64,000 bases of DNA, from positions 310,001 through 374,000 of the forward strand of contig JAQGDQ010000212.1 of assembly GCA_030141605.1 (NCBI GenBank), written 5' to 3'. Source of the stretch: Tubiluchus corallicola (lineage: Eukaryota > Animalia > Priapulida). The notes beneath the pieces are model-generated. The model did no database searches, was not told the origin of the DNA, and saw only the letters and a list, made by a program, of their open reading frames with translations. The translations under genes were made by a program, and so were the position numbers. This document shows positions 28,711 to 41,070 of this stretch, piece after piece; position 1 is the stretch's first letter, and every line of letters starts with the position of its first letter.

Positions 28711-31700
28711 TTAGACAGCCATTGATGATGTTTTCTCAGTGATGTACGAAATAAGACAAGAGTTGATGCTTCAGTAAATGAGTTCAAAACTTAAAAGGTC
28801 CCACACTAATGACATCGGCTTAAGGGCAATAGGTTCAAGATAAAGCACGTTAAACAGTAATGCAACCAAGAAATTGTGCAATGCTGCATTAAACACTCGA
28901 TTGAGTAAACTACATTACTTTATTTAAATTTATTTGCGATTATTAAAATTACAAGCAAAAATAATAAAAAAAGAAAAAGAAGCGGTTGATAGTGACGACA
29001 CAAAGATACATTAATTGTCCACACCTCCCATAATTGTTTTAAGAAAGTACTATTCGTTACCGTTTTCCATTAATAACAGAAAAAACCTTTAACGAAAGGG
29101 CACAACGCATTAATGTCACGCTTCAAATAGCCGCCGTATAGACGAAAATACTACATTGTGATCAGTGCAATATCTCATTGTATATCGCATGCTGTATGTG
29201 AGGTGTGTGTTATTAATTTTGATAGTAAATGGCTTGCTTGGCTTGCATTACTGTATGTGTTCTTTCATTTCATCATCTCCTCACCCCTGTCACGTAAAAT
29301 GGTTTGTACTTACCTGTTGGAGTGCTTTGTTTACTTATGCAAAAAGAGTAATACCTGTTCTGAACAGTTGAGTTGATACTTTTCACTGGTACAGACGTTG
29401 GTCTGACCAGTGGGCATGTTCCAGCATACCTGTAGTTAACGTATTTGTCTGGAAAGGCTGGTACACGATCTGTGATGTAACTTCTTCACCATGGAGAGCT
29501 GAGCTAAGTGCTGTTTTGGCCAAAAGGACAGTGTTCCTGTTGTATAGCCTGTCTTTCTCAGTCTCGTTGCTGTTACATGGTTTGAAGAGCTGATCAAGCA
29601 ACAGAGTGTGATGTTAATCCATTCCAGTCAGCTGTTGGTACGTTGGTGTTGTAGACTACAAGAGGGTTGCTGGAAGCTGTTGATTAGCTGTCGTCATCTG
29701 CATTGTTATGGTTCATGGAGGATCGTCATGTTGCCGACGTCAGCGTTGTCATTGTAGGAGGAGGATCGCCAAGTTGTGAACAACATCGCCACGAACATTC
29801 AGATAAGTTATGCGGAATTCGTTTTCCTATCCTCATCTTTCCTTGGGGGTTTTCACAGCAAGCCACCGCATAACAAATAGTAAATGTACATCAAGGCGTC
29901 TTCCATTTATAGCCGTGAAACCTACCAGAATAGTGTATGACGTGTAGCCTAGTCCCACAAAAAACTATGTAACTGTTCAGGCTATCTAGTGCTGTGTCAC
30001 TTAGGTAGTTCTACTAGTAAACATTTTTTTTAATAAATGGGACGTGTATTTTGTGTCGCTGTTTACACTTAATGACATTGCTAATCTGACTGAATCAGAT
30101 CTCGGTAGGATATCTCATATCGACCTCCTACTATGTGCTTGACCGGGACGGTCAAGTATGGGGGGAGGATTATGAGCTGAACAGGGAACAGTGCATTATA
30201 CAGTTCTATTCATAGGCACCAGGCCAGCCAACTTACAGGTAACGTTATGACCTCAACTTTCAACTAGGAAGCCCATAACATTACCTGCGATTGGTTGAGC
30301 AGTGGTTTCCTGTGGAAAGAACAAACACGTGACATCGTCAGTTGTCTTCTGGTTGTCGTGGAATGCACTTCTCCTGTCTGCCTACCGAGTGTCGTGGATT
30401 CCGTAAGATTTGAAGCATTGTCATCAGGCTTTGTTTGTTTTCTATTGTATTATTCTTCTCAGCTGTCCCTTTTGAATTCTAAGTTTTGATTTTGTTGTTT
30501 CTTTTTTTTAAATTTCTGGAGTGTCCATTATGCAGCGCTTACCCGCATCACCGATGGCGGGCCGTAAGGCTATCTACCGGGTCGAACCCCAGAACAATAT
30601 AATGTTTTTTAAGCTATGCACAGCTGCATGATTGTAACTAATCCGTTTGGTTATTTTAGTGCTATTTTGGTGACGCATTTCGCTGCGCCAGTTGTCCATA
30701 TTTGGACATGCCAGCATTCAAAGCAGGTGAAAAAATTCAGCTGAGTGAACGACAACTCAATCCTGATACATAGTTTGTAGAAAGTTGCAGAAGTAATTTT
30801 TAACGTTTCAACAAACCAGTTTAAAAATTAAATTACACATGCAATTAATATAGATTTGAAATTTAAGGTTGAATGAGTACAAGGAATGTACCTTGCAAAG
30901 CTAGGCAATTTTATAATTTTACTTGTTCACGTTATTCAATTCAGTTCAGTCGGCTTTATTCAATAATAGCAGTTGAAAAGAATACATATAGTAGCAATTT
31001 CAATGTGTAATGGCAGAGCAGCAAAAGACTGTTCACACACTAAATCAGGTGTACATTGTATGTAGAAAACAATATATGCATGGACGACAACAACAACAAC
31101 ATTTGCTTATTTTATGGGAACCTGCATTTGTACGCGATTATATTTAATGTTGACAGAGGAGTTGCTACCATGTATTTAGAATCAAATCGTATAATACAGT
31201 ATATAATACTTCAGATCAAGTTTCAAATGCTTCTTGCTCTTTGCAATATGCAATATTCTTGGTTGATTAGAATGTCATGTCACCATAATACTGTAATCAA
31301 TACTGTAAATAATTGTGGAAAAACAAATAAAAATCTTTGAAACTGTCTGGCGTAAATCCATACATTGTTTGCAACAGATGTAACAAAATAGAATGATTGG
31401 GAAGTGCCAAACTACCAGCGGAGGTCAACCTCACAATGACCTCTAGCTGCCTACCTATTCCACTATATAGAATTATACATAAAGTTGATAGGTAGTAATC
31501 CCTCTGTTTTTTGTTCACAAAGCCTAATAAGGGCAATTTAAACTGCTTAAATACCATTGCACATTAGTGATTATATGTAAACCTTTTATATGTAAACAAT
31601 ATCAAAATTCATGCATTTTACATGCACTTTTGTACCTCTAAATATATGTAACTGAAATTATGCTTTTCATTGCTAAGATTTTTGTTTTACTACTGTGCCA

Positions 31701-33401
31701 GATTTTCGTTGAAGGATTCAAGTTGCATAAAAAAATTGTCGCGCTTAACTTTAGTCCCATGAAACTGGAAAGTAATTTTACATTTACAGGTTTGTGCAGC
31801 ATTGGAATTTTTTTCATCACAAAAAACTCACTCACTAAGTTTTTAATTTTAGAAATGAAATCTTGAGCATACATTATTCTGATAAAACAATTTTATTAAT
31901 TCACCTCTACAGGTTTTTAATTTGATTGATTTGATTGGTTGATTAATCATTCATTCCAAACTTAAAGTTCACATTCAAAATACAGTTACAACAAGAAATA
32001 ACCATTCAAGACACACACAGAAACTCATATAAACACATTTGTAATGACAAATTAATGTTCTAGCAGCCAAAGTTACTTAACTGAGTAGCCTTATGAGTTT
32101 AGGTATGGCAAATTAATATTCTAAAGGCTAAAATTGTTTACTGAGTACTGTTATGAGAGTAGGTATTGTATTGGCACTGAATTAACTTGAAAAAGAACAA
32201 CATAATAATTCAAAAAATTAATTCAATTCTCGCACAGCCTGTCCACATTCACAGTGAGTTGGTCGAAGGTGGTGTACTGTCCTTTATTCTGTCTATATTG
32301 CATCTCTTTATTTCTCCTCAACTATGCCACGTCATATAGGATCTTCATTATTTTTTATTTTATTTTTTACAACTTTATTTTTTCTTCTTTTTTTAATCTC
32401 CAGAAATGAAAAAATGTTCAAATTATTGTTCAACGATGTTTCAAGTTATTATAATATTAGTAAAGCCAATATGACTGTGAGCTATGGCGATGTTACAACG
32501 TAAGACATGTAATAATCGTTACGGCTTGCTAAATTTTGTCTAACAACTTTAAAAATTTGGTTCTTCTAATTTTTTAAATCCATAGGTCATTTCCGAACAT
32601 CGCGTATTCAATTCAATTTATTTGACTAAATAATGAAAACGTATAATTCCGTAATTCATTTCTATTTGTCGAGAAGTTTCTGAAACTTACCGAATTTTGT
32701 GAATACAATAACTTCTCATTCAACTTAATGTTAACCTTGCTATTGGTTTTACGGCTTCATATTAGCCTGTATTATTCTGGTTTTGCACAGCTGTTAAGTA
32801 CTATACTATAAAATAAAATTCTGACCTTGTACTTGCTGATTTCCTTGCTAGCAGTGCGCTTAACCACCTGTCTATTAATTTCTTGTAAATTGCTAAAATC
32901 TCGTGAAAATCATGATTTTTTTCTCTTACTGTGTTTGTATTAAACTTAATAGTTTTGGTTGTGCAGTAAAAGTGAATAAATTCGTCGTTATTATTGTGCT
33001 GGCCACATTTTACATGATTGTTGAGTTGTTTGGTAATGAATATTTTTTATGTTCATAATTAAGTACTGCAGAAAAGAAAGACAGACAAATGCAATTATAA
33101 TCAAAACATTAAAATGTAAGTCAAAATACAAAGCTCTTTTAATTACAGCGGTTGTTACTAAATAATGTACCAGGTAATTCGGTGTTTTCATTTGATCAAA
33201 TTAACATTCATTTTTTCTGTCTAGGCATTAAAATTAGAACGAAATTAAAGTTTTCGATACCATCCATTGTACGAAAAGTGCAATCTGTGGGCAAAATACT
33301 TGACTTGATTAACTCGTAATAAGGTCATTGTTATTTGAATAAATATATACATTAACTAATTATATACAGTTAACAAAGGCAAAAAATGACAACCAGAAAT
33401 A

Positions 33402-35103
33402 TCAAATTCCATTTAATTCGTTTTCGAAGAACAGGCGTGCGTTCGGGTTGTACATTGCCCTCCACTTTGCCAGTCTGTAACACAATTTGAAACACAACAT
33501 TGATGGTGTTGTACATATTAATGCATATGTTGTTAATAAATTATGCATTGTAATAAATTATTATGATAAAAATTTTAATCATACATACATGAAACGTATA
33601 CATGAAACGTACATATACTTTTCATCCTTCAGATCTTGGAACATGTACTTGTATATTGTTCGGTCGTCAAGCCAAAATTTTTGCTTCTTTGGCCGTCCAT
33701 GCACAGCACATAGAGTCTCATTAGCTTCGCCTAAAATGAAAAGAAAAAACTATTCACGAAGATGTGTATGAACCTATCTTAAGAAAATAATTTATTTAAT
33801 TACTCATTCGTTTGTTCACTGCCACACACATCAAACACAAATGCAAAAAAGTGGTTACAATTATACAAGAACATCATAAAACCATACAAGACAGTATTTT
33901 TGACGGACATGTATAACATGTTTAGATTATAGAGTATATATAATAAATTATCTAGCTGCTTGAATAAACCTACTAGATATCAATGTATCAGCAAACCAGC
34001 CTTAACAAACCAGTAAACGTAGCATCACATCATAGGGTTTACAAAAGCTATGGAAAAAAATAACAAGTCCGGTGAGTTCCAAGGCCTAATAATATGGATC
34101 GTATAACAAATTAACGTTCATAGTCAGTGGTCTTTGGACTTGTTGGACAAATGGATGGGTGACAGTCAGAAAATTGTTGTTCTAAGCAGTCTTGAGATCA
34201 AGTAAGAAGTTTAAATAGCAAACATGATATATGCAAAAACAAAAATAAGATACCAGTGTGGGATCCTCCATCGAAGCATCCTTCAAGATCCCACAATGAC
34301 TTTCTTTTCCATCCTCCACCACACCTAAATTAATGAGCGCATAATTACACATTAATTGCTGTTAGAAACGTATAAAACTTTCTACATTGTGGGCAGCAGT
34401 TTTGTCACCTGAAGATGAAGCTGCCCGGACATTTGTGCTCCATGTAATGAACGTAAGAAAACAGATTAAGAGTCTCTAACTTCATCTAAAACTTACAACT
34501 GGCCACAGTTGAAAACTTTAAAAATAAGGCAGGAAAGGGAAGGATGAAAAGGGGAAATCTACCAGACTAATAAGGTGTGTGCAACCCATCAAACTCAGCC
34601 CAATTTTACTCCTACAGGATTAGAACTAAATGATAAAGTTCAAACAAGAGCTACAACGTCATGTCAAAATCTGAGTTATAACTCTCATTGCCTAACGAAA
34701 CGATTCTACACGGTGTCATAACACCTCTCAGGATGGGTTGCACATCCACATTATTCCATCACTTCGATTTTTAAAACAGAATTCGACTATAGGAGCATTT
34801 ATGCTATTTATCCTAAAGATACCACCAGTTGGTCAATGGCTGCTTATAATTATAATAGTTGCTTATTAGTTCAAAACATGCACGGTTTCTTTACCAAAAG
34901 CCCGACTGGCGTCTCATTCCACCCTCCTAGTCACAGGTTCACCTTAAACATATAGGTCTTTGAAACGGACATACATCGGGCAAGAATCTTTTTTCATATA
35001 ATAGCAGTATTTAAATATTAAAACAAATCGTGCTTCTTTTAGTTGTCGATACTTACCGTAAATAAATCAGGATCGCTGTTATAACGACTATGGATATTCC
35101 CAT
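33402..35103 (-). CDS. Uncharacterised ~100-aa protein with N-terminal hydrophobic segment, copy B; 4 coding exons
   Basis: Exons 35103-35057, 34324-34254, 33730-33619, 33474-33402; GT-AG, phases 2/1/2 all match, 303 nt. MGISIVVITAILIYLRCGGGWKRKSLWDLEGCFDGGSHTGEANETLCAVHGRPKKQKFWLDDRTIYKYMFQDLKDEKLAKWRAMYNPNARLFFENELNGI*. Start codon uncertain because an acceptor lies at 35126. Confidence 0.62.
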
Positions 35104-35359
35104 AACAGCAATGCCCAGCTTGTAGGCTGAAAAAGTAAATAATTTAGCTCTTATTATAAAATTGAAATATTCTATTTTTATCGATAGGACAGTCGGTAAT
35201 TTGCATTCAAAGTGCCGCAAAACAAAGAATGAGTCCGTTATAATTTACATCGCAAAAGCGCATCAGCTCTAGCAAGACTATAAGCATTAAAATTAAAAAA
35301 ATCAAACTTGGATTGTGAGTAATTAATAATTTTTAATTAATCATGAATTATCTAAATCT

Positions 35360-35734
35360 CCTGCTTGCCTACCTTCCCACCTACTTACCTATCTACCTAC
35401 CTACCTATGTACCTACCTATTTATCTACCTACGTATGTACGTACGTACGTACGTACCTACTTACCTGCCTGCCTACACCCTTGACAATCCACATGCCTAA
35501 AACTGTTTAGATATATTCATACAAGGCAAGCAGGTATGAAAACTTTATTCTGTTAACTTCGTTTCCGACACACTTCAAGCTATTCTATACTATACTACTC
35601 ACTTCTATTGTGATCTATTTGTGCCGTTGCGTTTATTCTACAGTATTTTGTTTTGTTCTTTAGTAAGTCAGTCAGCCAGCCAGTTAGTCAATAAGCAAGT
35701 GAGTGAGTGAGTGAGTGAGTGAATGAGTAGGTAG

Positions 35735-35819
<85 letters not shown>

Positions 35820-36540
35820 CAGGCAGGCAGGCAGGCAGGCAGGCAAGCAAGCAAGCAAGCAAGCAAGCAAGTAAGTAAGTAAGCAGGCAGGCAGGCAGGC
35901 AGGCAGGCAGGCAAGCAAGCAAGCAAGCAAGCAAGAAAGCAATTAAGTAGCAAGTAAATAAGTGGTAGGTAGGTAGGTAGGTAGGTAAGTAGGTAGGTGG
36001 GTAGGTAGGTAGGTAGGTAGGTAGGTAGGTAGGTAAGTAAGCAAGCAAGCAAGCAAGCAATCAAGCAAGCAAGCAAGCAAGCAAGTAAGTAAGTAAGTAA
36101 GCAAGTAAGCAAGTAAGTAAATAGATGATTATTAATTAATCATAAATTATAAATAATTTATATAGGTAGGTAGGTAGGTAGGTAGGTAGGTAGGTAAGTA
36201 GGTATGTAGGTAGGTAGGCAGGTAGGTCACTCGTTCGGTTGGTCAATCGGTCGGTAGGTAGGTAGGTGGCTGGGTGGGTGGGTTTTTAGGTAAGTAGGTA
36301 GGTACGTGGGTAGGTAAATAGGGAGGTAAGTATGTAGGTAAGCAGGTCGGTAGGTAGATAGGTGAGGTGGATTATTTGGTATAAAAATAGTAGGTAGCCT
36401 AATGTTTTAAGTAGGTAGATAGATAGATAGGTAGGTAGCCAGCAGGTATATAGGTGGGTAGGTAAATGGGTAGGTTAGATAGGTAGGCAGGTAGGAAGGA
36501 AAGTATGTAATCAGGTAGGTAGGCAGGTAGGTAGCTAGTG
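35360..36540. repeat. Compound tetranucleotide microsatellite field (AAGT, AGGC, AAGC, AGGT, GAGT)
   Basis: Directly visible; source of the LLTY/LPAC ORFs. Confidence 0.95.
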
Positions 36541-37801
36541 CTCCTCTGAAAATTTTCTGCACCACTTGTACTTCTTAACGTTTTCACTGCCCAAGTGTCA
36601 CTGCTCAAGTGTGCTGCCCGTTGCCCAAATGTCAACTGCCCAAGTGTTGGAAAAATGGTGAACAATTGATATATACGTACAGAGTATAAAACTGTAGGTT
36701 CAGGCAGTCTTTCAGGGTTATTATTGGATTGAAAAAACGTACCTAATATAATCTCCATTGTAATCCAACCAAATAAAAAAAACTTTAAATAAGGAGCGAA
36801 AGAGATGTGTCTTGTCTCTTCCCTTCGCAGTCTAAAACTCGCAGTTGTTTTGTTGCTATGAAACCTCTCCGGGGTTACAATTGTGACGCGAGATCCTAGC
36901 GCGTCTCCTGTTTAGGTACCTATAGCAGCAAAACACGGCGACTGACGTAGCCATCATAACAGCTTTTATCCAAGCCCAAAGCCACACACGCGCCTACAGC
37001 ATTCTGTAGAAATTACTCCTCGCTCGCCCGTGATAAGATTCGTACTTTCCCATTTACGATTTTTAATACAAGTCTCGATCTAGTGTCGTGCCATTGGGGG
37101 TTGATTTTTCGAATCGGGCCCACCGCGAGGAATGGGGAGCAAAAATCCTCCAAAAATGGCCATTTTTCGGCCGTTTTTTGCAAAATTATACGTCTGAGAT
37201 CATGAAAACGGGAACGGCAATGGGTGGTGCTGGATACGGATAGATAGCCCGTTCAGCGCTGGATGTCATAGGCGTATTTAGAATTTGCGAGAGGGCCACG
37301 GCGCCCCACAACGGGCGTTTTCCCAGACCCAACTCACGATATTTTCGAAATTTTGACCAAACAGCATGCGGAAAAAACGTTTTAGGGGCGCCTGGTGGGA
37401 CTCTCGGAAAGAGATATACAGCTCTTTAGAAAGAGCAAGAACAGGGCTACACGATGGCGGGGGCTATATTTTAGGACACGTCCACCAAGAGGAGTGCCAA
37501 CGAGTTAATTAGATGTTCTATTATCCGCAATTTTCGCTTAGAAAACTGTTGACGCAAAGCCATTGTTCTGACGTCATCCATTATACTCTGCTTATAACCT
37601 TTTAACTTTAATTCAGTAAAAGCTGCTACTGGCTTTGCGTTATAAGTGAGGACTAGGTAGGATGTTCGCGTATTTTTGATTATACGTGTATTTATACGCA
37701 CAATTTTTTGCGGGGCCTTTGCTAGCACTACAATTGTGCAACTTCCTATTTTGGTCGAAAGCACACCATGTGCCAAAACATCATTATAAAATTTCTTTAT
37801 T

Positions 37802-37901
37802 AAGGGTGAGCATTGAATGTTCGGGTTCGAACATTCGAATCGAATTCGAAAATCATAAATTAGATTCGATTTCGTTTTCTGGTAGAAAATGCTCTCCCCT
37901 A
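37802..37901. mobile_element. Small MITE-like element with TTCGAA-rich interior (also ~53028-53127)
   Basis: Imperfect inverted ends AGGGTGAGCATT ... AATGCTCTCCCCT around repeated TTCGAA/ATTCGA. Confidence 0.5.
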
Positions 37902-38034
37902 GTGTTTCTACAAATAAAATTATGTTTAACTTAGAGGTGACATCCTTCATATCAAATCTTTAAGTTTTGTTGTATTGTTCTATTTTGTGTTTCTAACAGT
38001 GTCGATTTCTGTAGTCCCAGTGGTGATCTGCTAT

Positions 38035-38290
38035 CTGGTAACTGGTATACGTTCAACAGGTGTTAGACTAGTACACATTCTATAGGTGTTGGACTGGTAC
38101 ACCTTCAAACAGGTGTTAAAGTGGTACACGCTCAACAGATGCTAGACTGGTACACATTCAACAGGTGTTAGACTGGTATATGTTCAAAAGATGTTAAACT
38201 GGTACACGTGCAACAGGTGTTAGACTAGCACACGTTCAACTGGTGCTAGACTGGTACACGTTTAACAGGTGTTGGACTGGTACACGTTTG
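38035..38290. repeat. 26-bp minisatellite, copy B
   Basis: About 10 units of ACTGGTACAC.TTCAACAGGTGTTAG. Confidence 0.92.
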
Positions 38291-38711
38291 CGATAAGACT
38301 ATAAAAATTATTCAAATGGTTATGGTAAATTTCATCCTCCTACTTCGAAATTAGATCTACTTTTAACAGCAAAATTAAACATAAATTTTAATCGACATTT
38401 TTAAAAGATTTCTTTTTCTTTTTTTTATTTTCATATTGTTGCATGTGTGCTGTTCTGTGATTCACTGAAATGAAATAAAACGAATAAACAAATAGACGTC
38501 CAGAAATTTTGATTGTTTTGATACATCAACTGGCAGGTACATAATTTTTATTTATATATATATATATATACGATTTTTTAATTTGAAAAAAGTTTGTTGA
38601 CAATAATTTGTTACGGTCCTGATCGTATTTATTTAGGAATTTAAAGTCGAATAACAAAGTATGGATTCTAACAAAGCCCAAAAAAATGATGGAGCAGGCG
38701 GAGCATATGTA

Positions 38712-40556
38712 TTAAAATAATGGTGATGTTGTCAGTGATAAAATTAATCTGTTTGCAGCTAGATAAGAACAAGAGAGCAAAAGAAAGGCTTCCTTGGTCG
38801 ACTGACTGGCTCTACTGACGAGCATAAGTGTCTCATTTAGAGGACAGATATATGTGTAAAGTTTGTGCAAACGAACACCATTTCGACTTGGTTTTACGCA
38901 GTCGAAAGTAGGCTGAATTTTTTTCTCTTCAACTATCCATTCCATTATACAGTTGCAGACAAACTTGGTTGCTGTAACAAGAAAGGTTTTAAACCATGTA
39001 ATGAGTTGGAAGGAATAAAGATAGTAAATTGAGAAGCAGGATCACTAAGCCACAGCTCAAACTAAGCATACAGATAGACATACAGATAGACATGAAAATC
39101 CCGTATGTCACTAGCTAGCAGGTCAGAAACAGGACATTTTGCTAAATATCGTGCCTAGCTGAAAGCGTTCAGTTTTAAGTACTGTGTTTCCTATCGGTAA
39201 ACATGGCAAAAATGTGAAAACTGTAAAAACTAGTTCTCGTTGACAAATGCGTGGTTTGTTTGATATCTCGCACTTCTTATTGTCTGACAATAAATGACAA
39301 AACTTATCCACATTACATTATTAACTCTATTCACATACATATCGATATTTTTGCCCCCGCCCCCGCAGTGGGTGAGATACAAGACTTTGAAATGACTGAG
39401 TATTTGCATCTTGTGCATAACGCGAGCTTAAAGTCCCCTGTAGAGCCGAAAGAGGGGGGTTTGGGACAAAAGTCGTCAAGTCATTTTGGAGAAGATAACA
39501 AGATCCAATACTGTGCAGAGTCAGATCTATTCAAACTCAGTAGTTGCTGCACGACTAATCCTTCAAATATGAGTAAAAAATAGAGAAAAATAGGTATTTT
39601 TTCGTGAAAATCGGCCTATGCCGTACCTCTGCTACTATGAGGAGTTGGGCCAAGCGGATTCATATTGTGAATACTAGTGGACCTCATACCCATACCTTTG
39701 GTCTGAATCGGTTTACCTAACCTTGTGCCGTATTTTTCCGATTTTGCATGGTCTTCTTGTGGACGCGTTCTTAATTCGTTTTACCTTAATTGTTGGCTAG
39801 TCTTATAATTTGTGTTTTTAAAATTTGCCCAAAAAACAAGCAGGACAAAGATTTGAAATTATAGCTTTGCTACTAAAATTTTCTAGGAATTGCGAATATA
39901 CCTTTCATTTCTAGGATGACACCTCTTGTTGCATTCCGACTTCGAGGTCTTTTAGGAAGATGTATTTTAAAATTGTCAACATCGTGTAAACCGGTGTGAA
40001 TTATAGCAATGTTCTTAATGATTGGGTTTTCGTAAAGATCTAAGTCTACTTTCTGCAGCCAAGGAGCATGTATTATTTCAAGACGTTCCATGGCTGTCAT
40101 CTCTTTGAAAGCGTCTGCAGCAATCCACTGAAGCTGCTCGTTCCACATCAACCTCAGTATGGTAGCTTGAGCACAAATACGTTTTGACTCAAGAGCCTGC
40201 AACTTGGATTCAATTATCTCCAATGTACTGAAATACTTTTCTACTAGATAACAATACCGAAGTGCATTAGGAAGTATATTGTAAAGCTGCAACTGCTTTG
40301 TCTCCCATTTCAAGTTCCTGGCAATTTCATCGAGTTCTCCACGGCCTAAATCAACCTTCTTTCCACAGGTCATTTTGCAAGGAAGTCGCATTTCATAGGA
40401 ACACAGCCGTAAATCTTTACTGCAATTCTTTCCGTCGCCCGCCTCGTGTATAACATCAGACTCAAAAGACCCTTGGAGAGCAAAACTGGAATAAGATATT
40501 GAAAGGCCAACAAAGTGAACAAACGCCATCCATAAAATGAACTGCGCATGCAACAT
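38712..40556 (-). CDS. Secreted/putatively GPI-anchored leucine-rich-repeat protein, copy B; 2 exons, 304 aa
   Basis: Exon 1 40556-39902, exon 2 38971-38712; phase 1 intron of 930 bp. Same architecture as copy A; junction reads LEMKATKFVCNCIMEWI. Confidence 0.8.
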
Positions 40557-41070
40557 GATGAAACCAGCAAATCAACATTTCAGGGTTGAATTCTGACAGC
40601 GATGACTTTAGTTGCCTTTGAGCACGGAAGTGTGTGCAACACTTAGTGACAGAGAAAACAGCAGTTTTCGAATATTTCGATTTCCTGCGTCATAATGCAA
40701 TTGCGAGTGATGTAATAACAATTTGAACATAAAGGTCAAAATACTAAACACAAGAAGCTAGAGAACTGAAATTGAAATATGTAAGTATAATGGCGCGCCT
40801 AGACTAGAGAATTCTTTTGCATCTTAGATAGATAGATAGATATTTTATTTCTGAAAATCAAATTTCCAACATGAGAGTTACAAACTCGACGCATACCGAT
40901 GGTTTTATCAGTGGGCAGAGCTCGGGTAATGATTTCCAGATCATACTAACAATTTGACTCAACATAGCTGCACAAGTTATATACACAGATATACAAATTT
41001 AGTTGTAAACACAATGAAGCGAAAAACACTATTTACTAAGCATTTGTACACATGTGATAAACAAATATTT

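Larger units (their letters stand above)
30002..41070. repeat. Segmental duplication unit B
   Basis: Starts TAGGTAGTTCTACT as at 46249; near-identical to unit C over kilobases. Confidence 0.95.

Noticed and set aside
29157-29960. Possible solo LTR starting TGTGATCAG
   Set aside because: No matching CA end with a target-site duplication could be identified.
34563-34610. Extra candidate exon between the small gene's first two coding exons
   Set aside because: It has AG/GT ends, but a 1-nt length difference between B and C and stop codons break a shared frame.
35668-36758. LLTY/LPAC/LPTY-repeat ORFs (also 50404-51157)
   Set aside because: Translations of tetranucleotide microsatellites.
37471-37950. 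159-aa minus-strand ORF open in both B and C (52697-53176)
   Set aside because: It runs across a small TIR-bounded TTCGAA-rich element, has no recognisable motif and is broken by deletions in unit A. Retention is explained by recent duplication.
39251-39583. Plus-strand ORF ending NPSNMSKK, partly shared with 57364-57552
   Set aside because: Antisense intronic sequence of the LRR gene; the frame is not conserved among the three copies.
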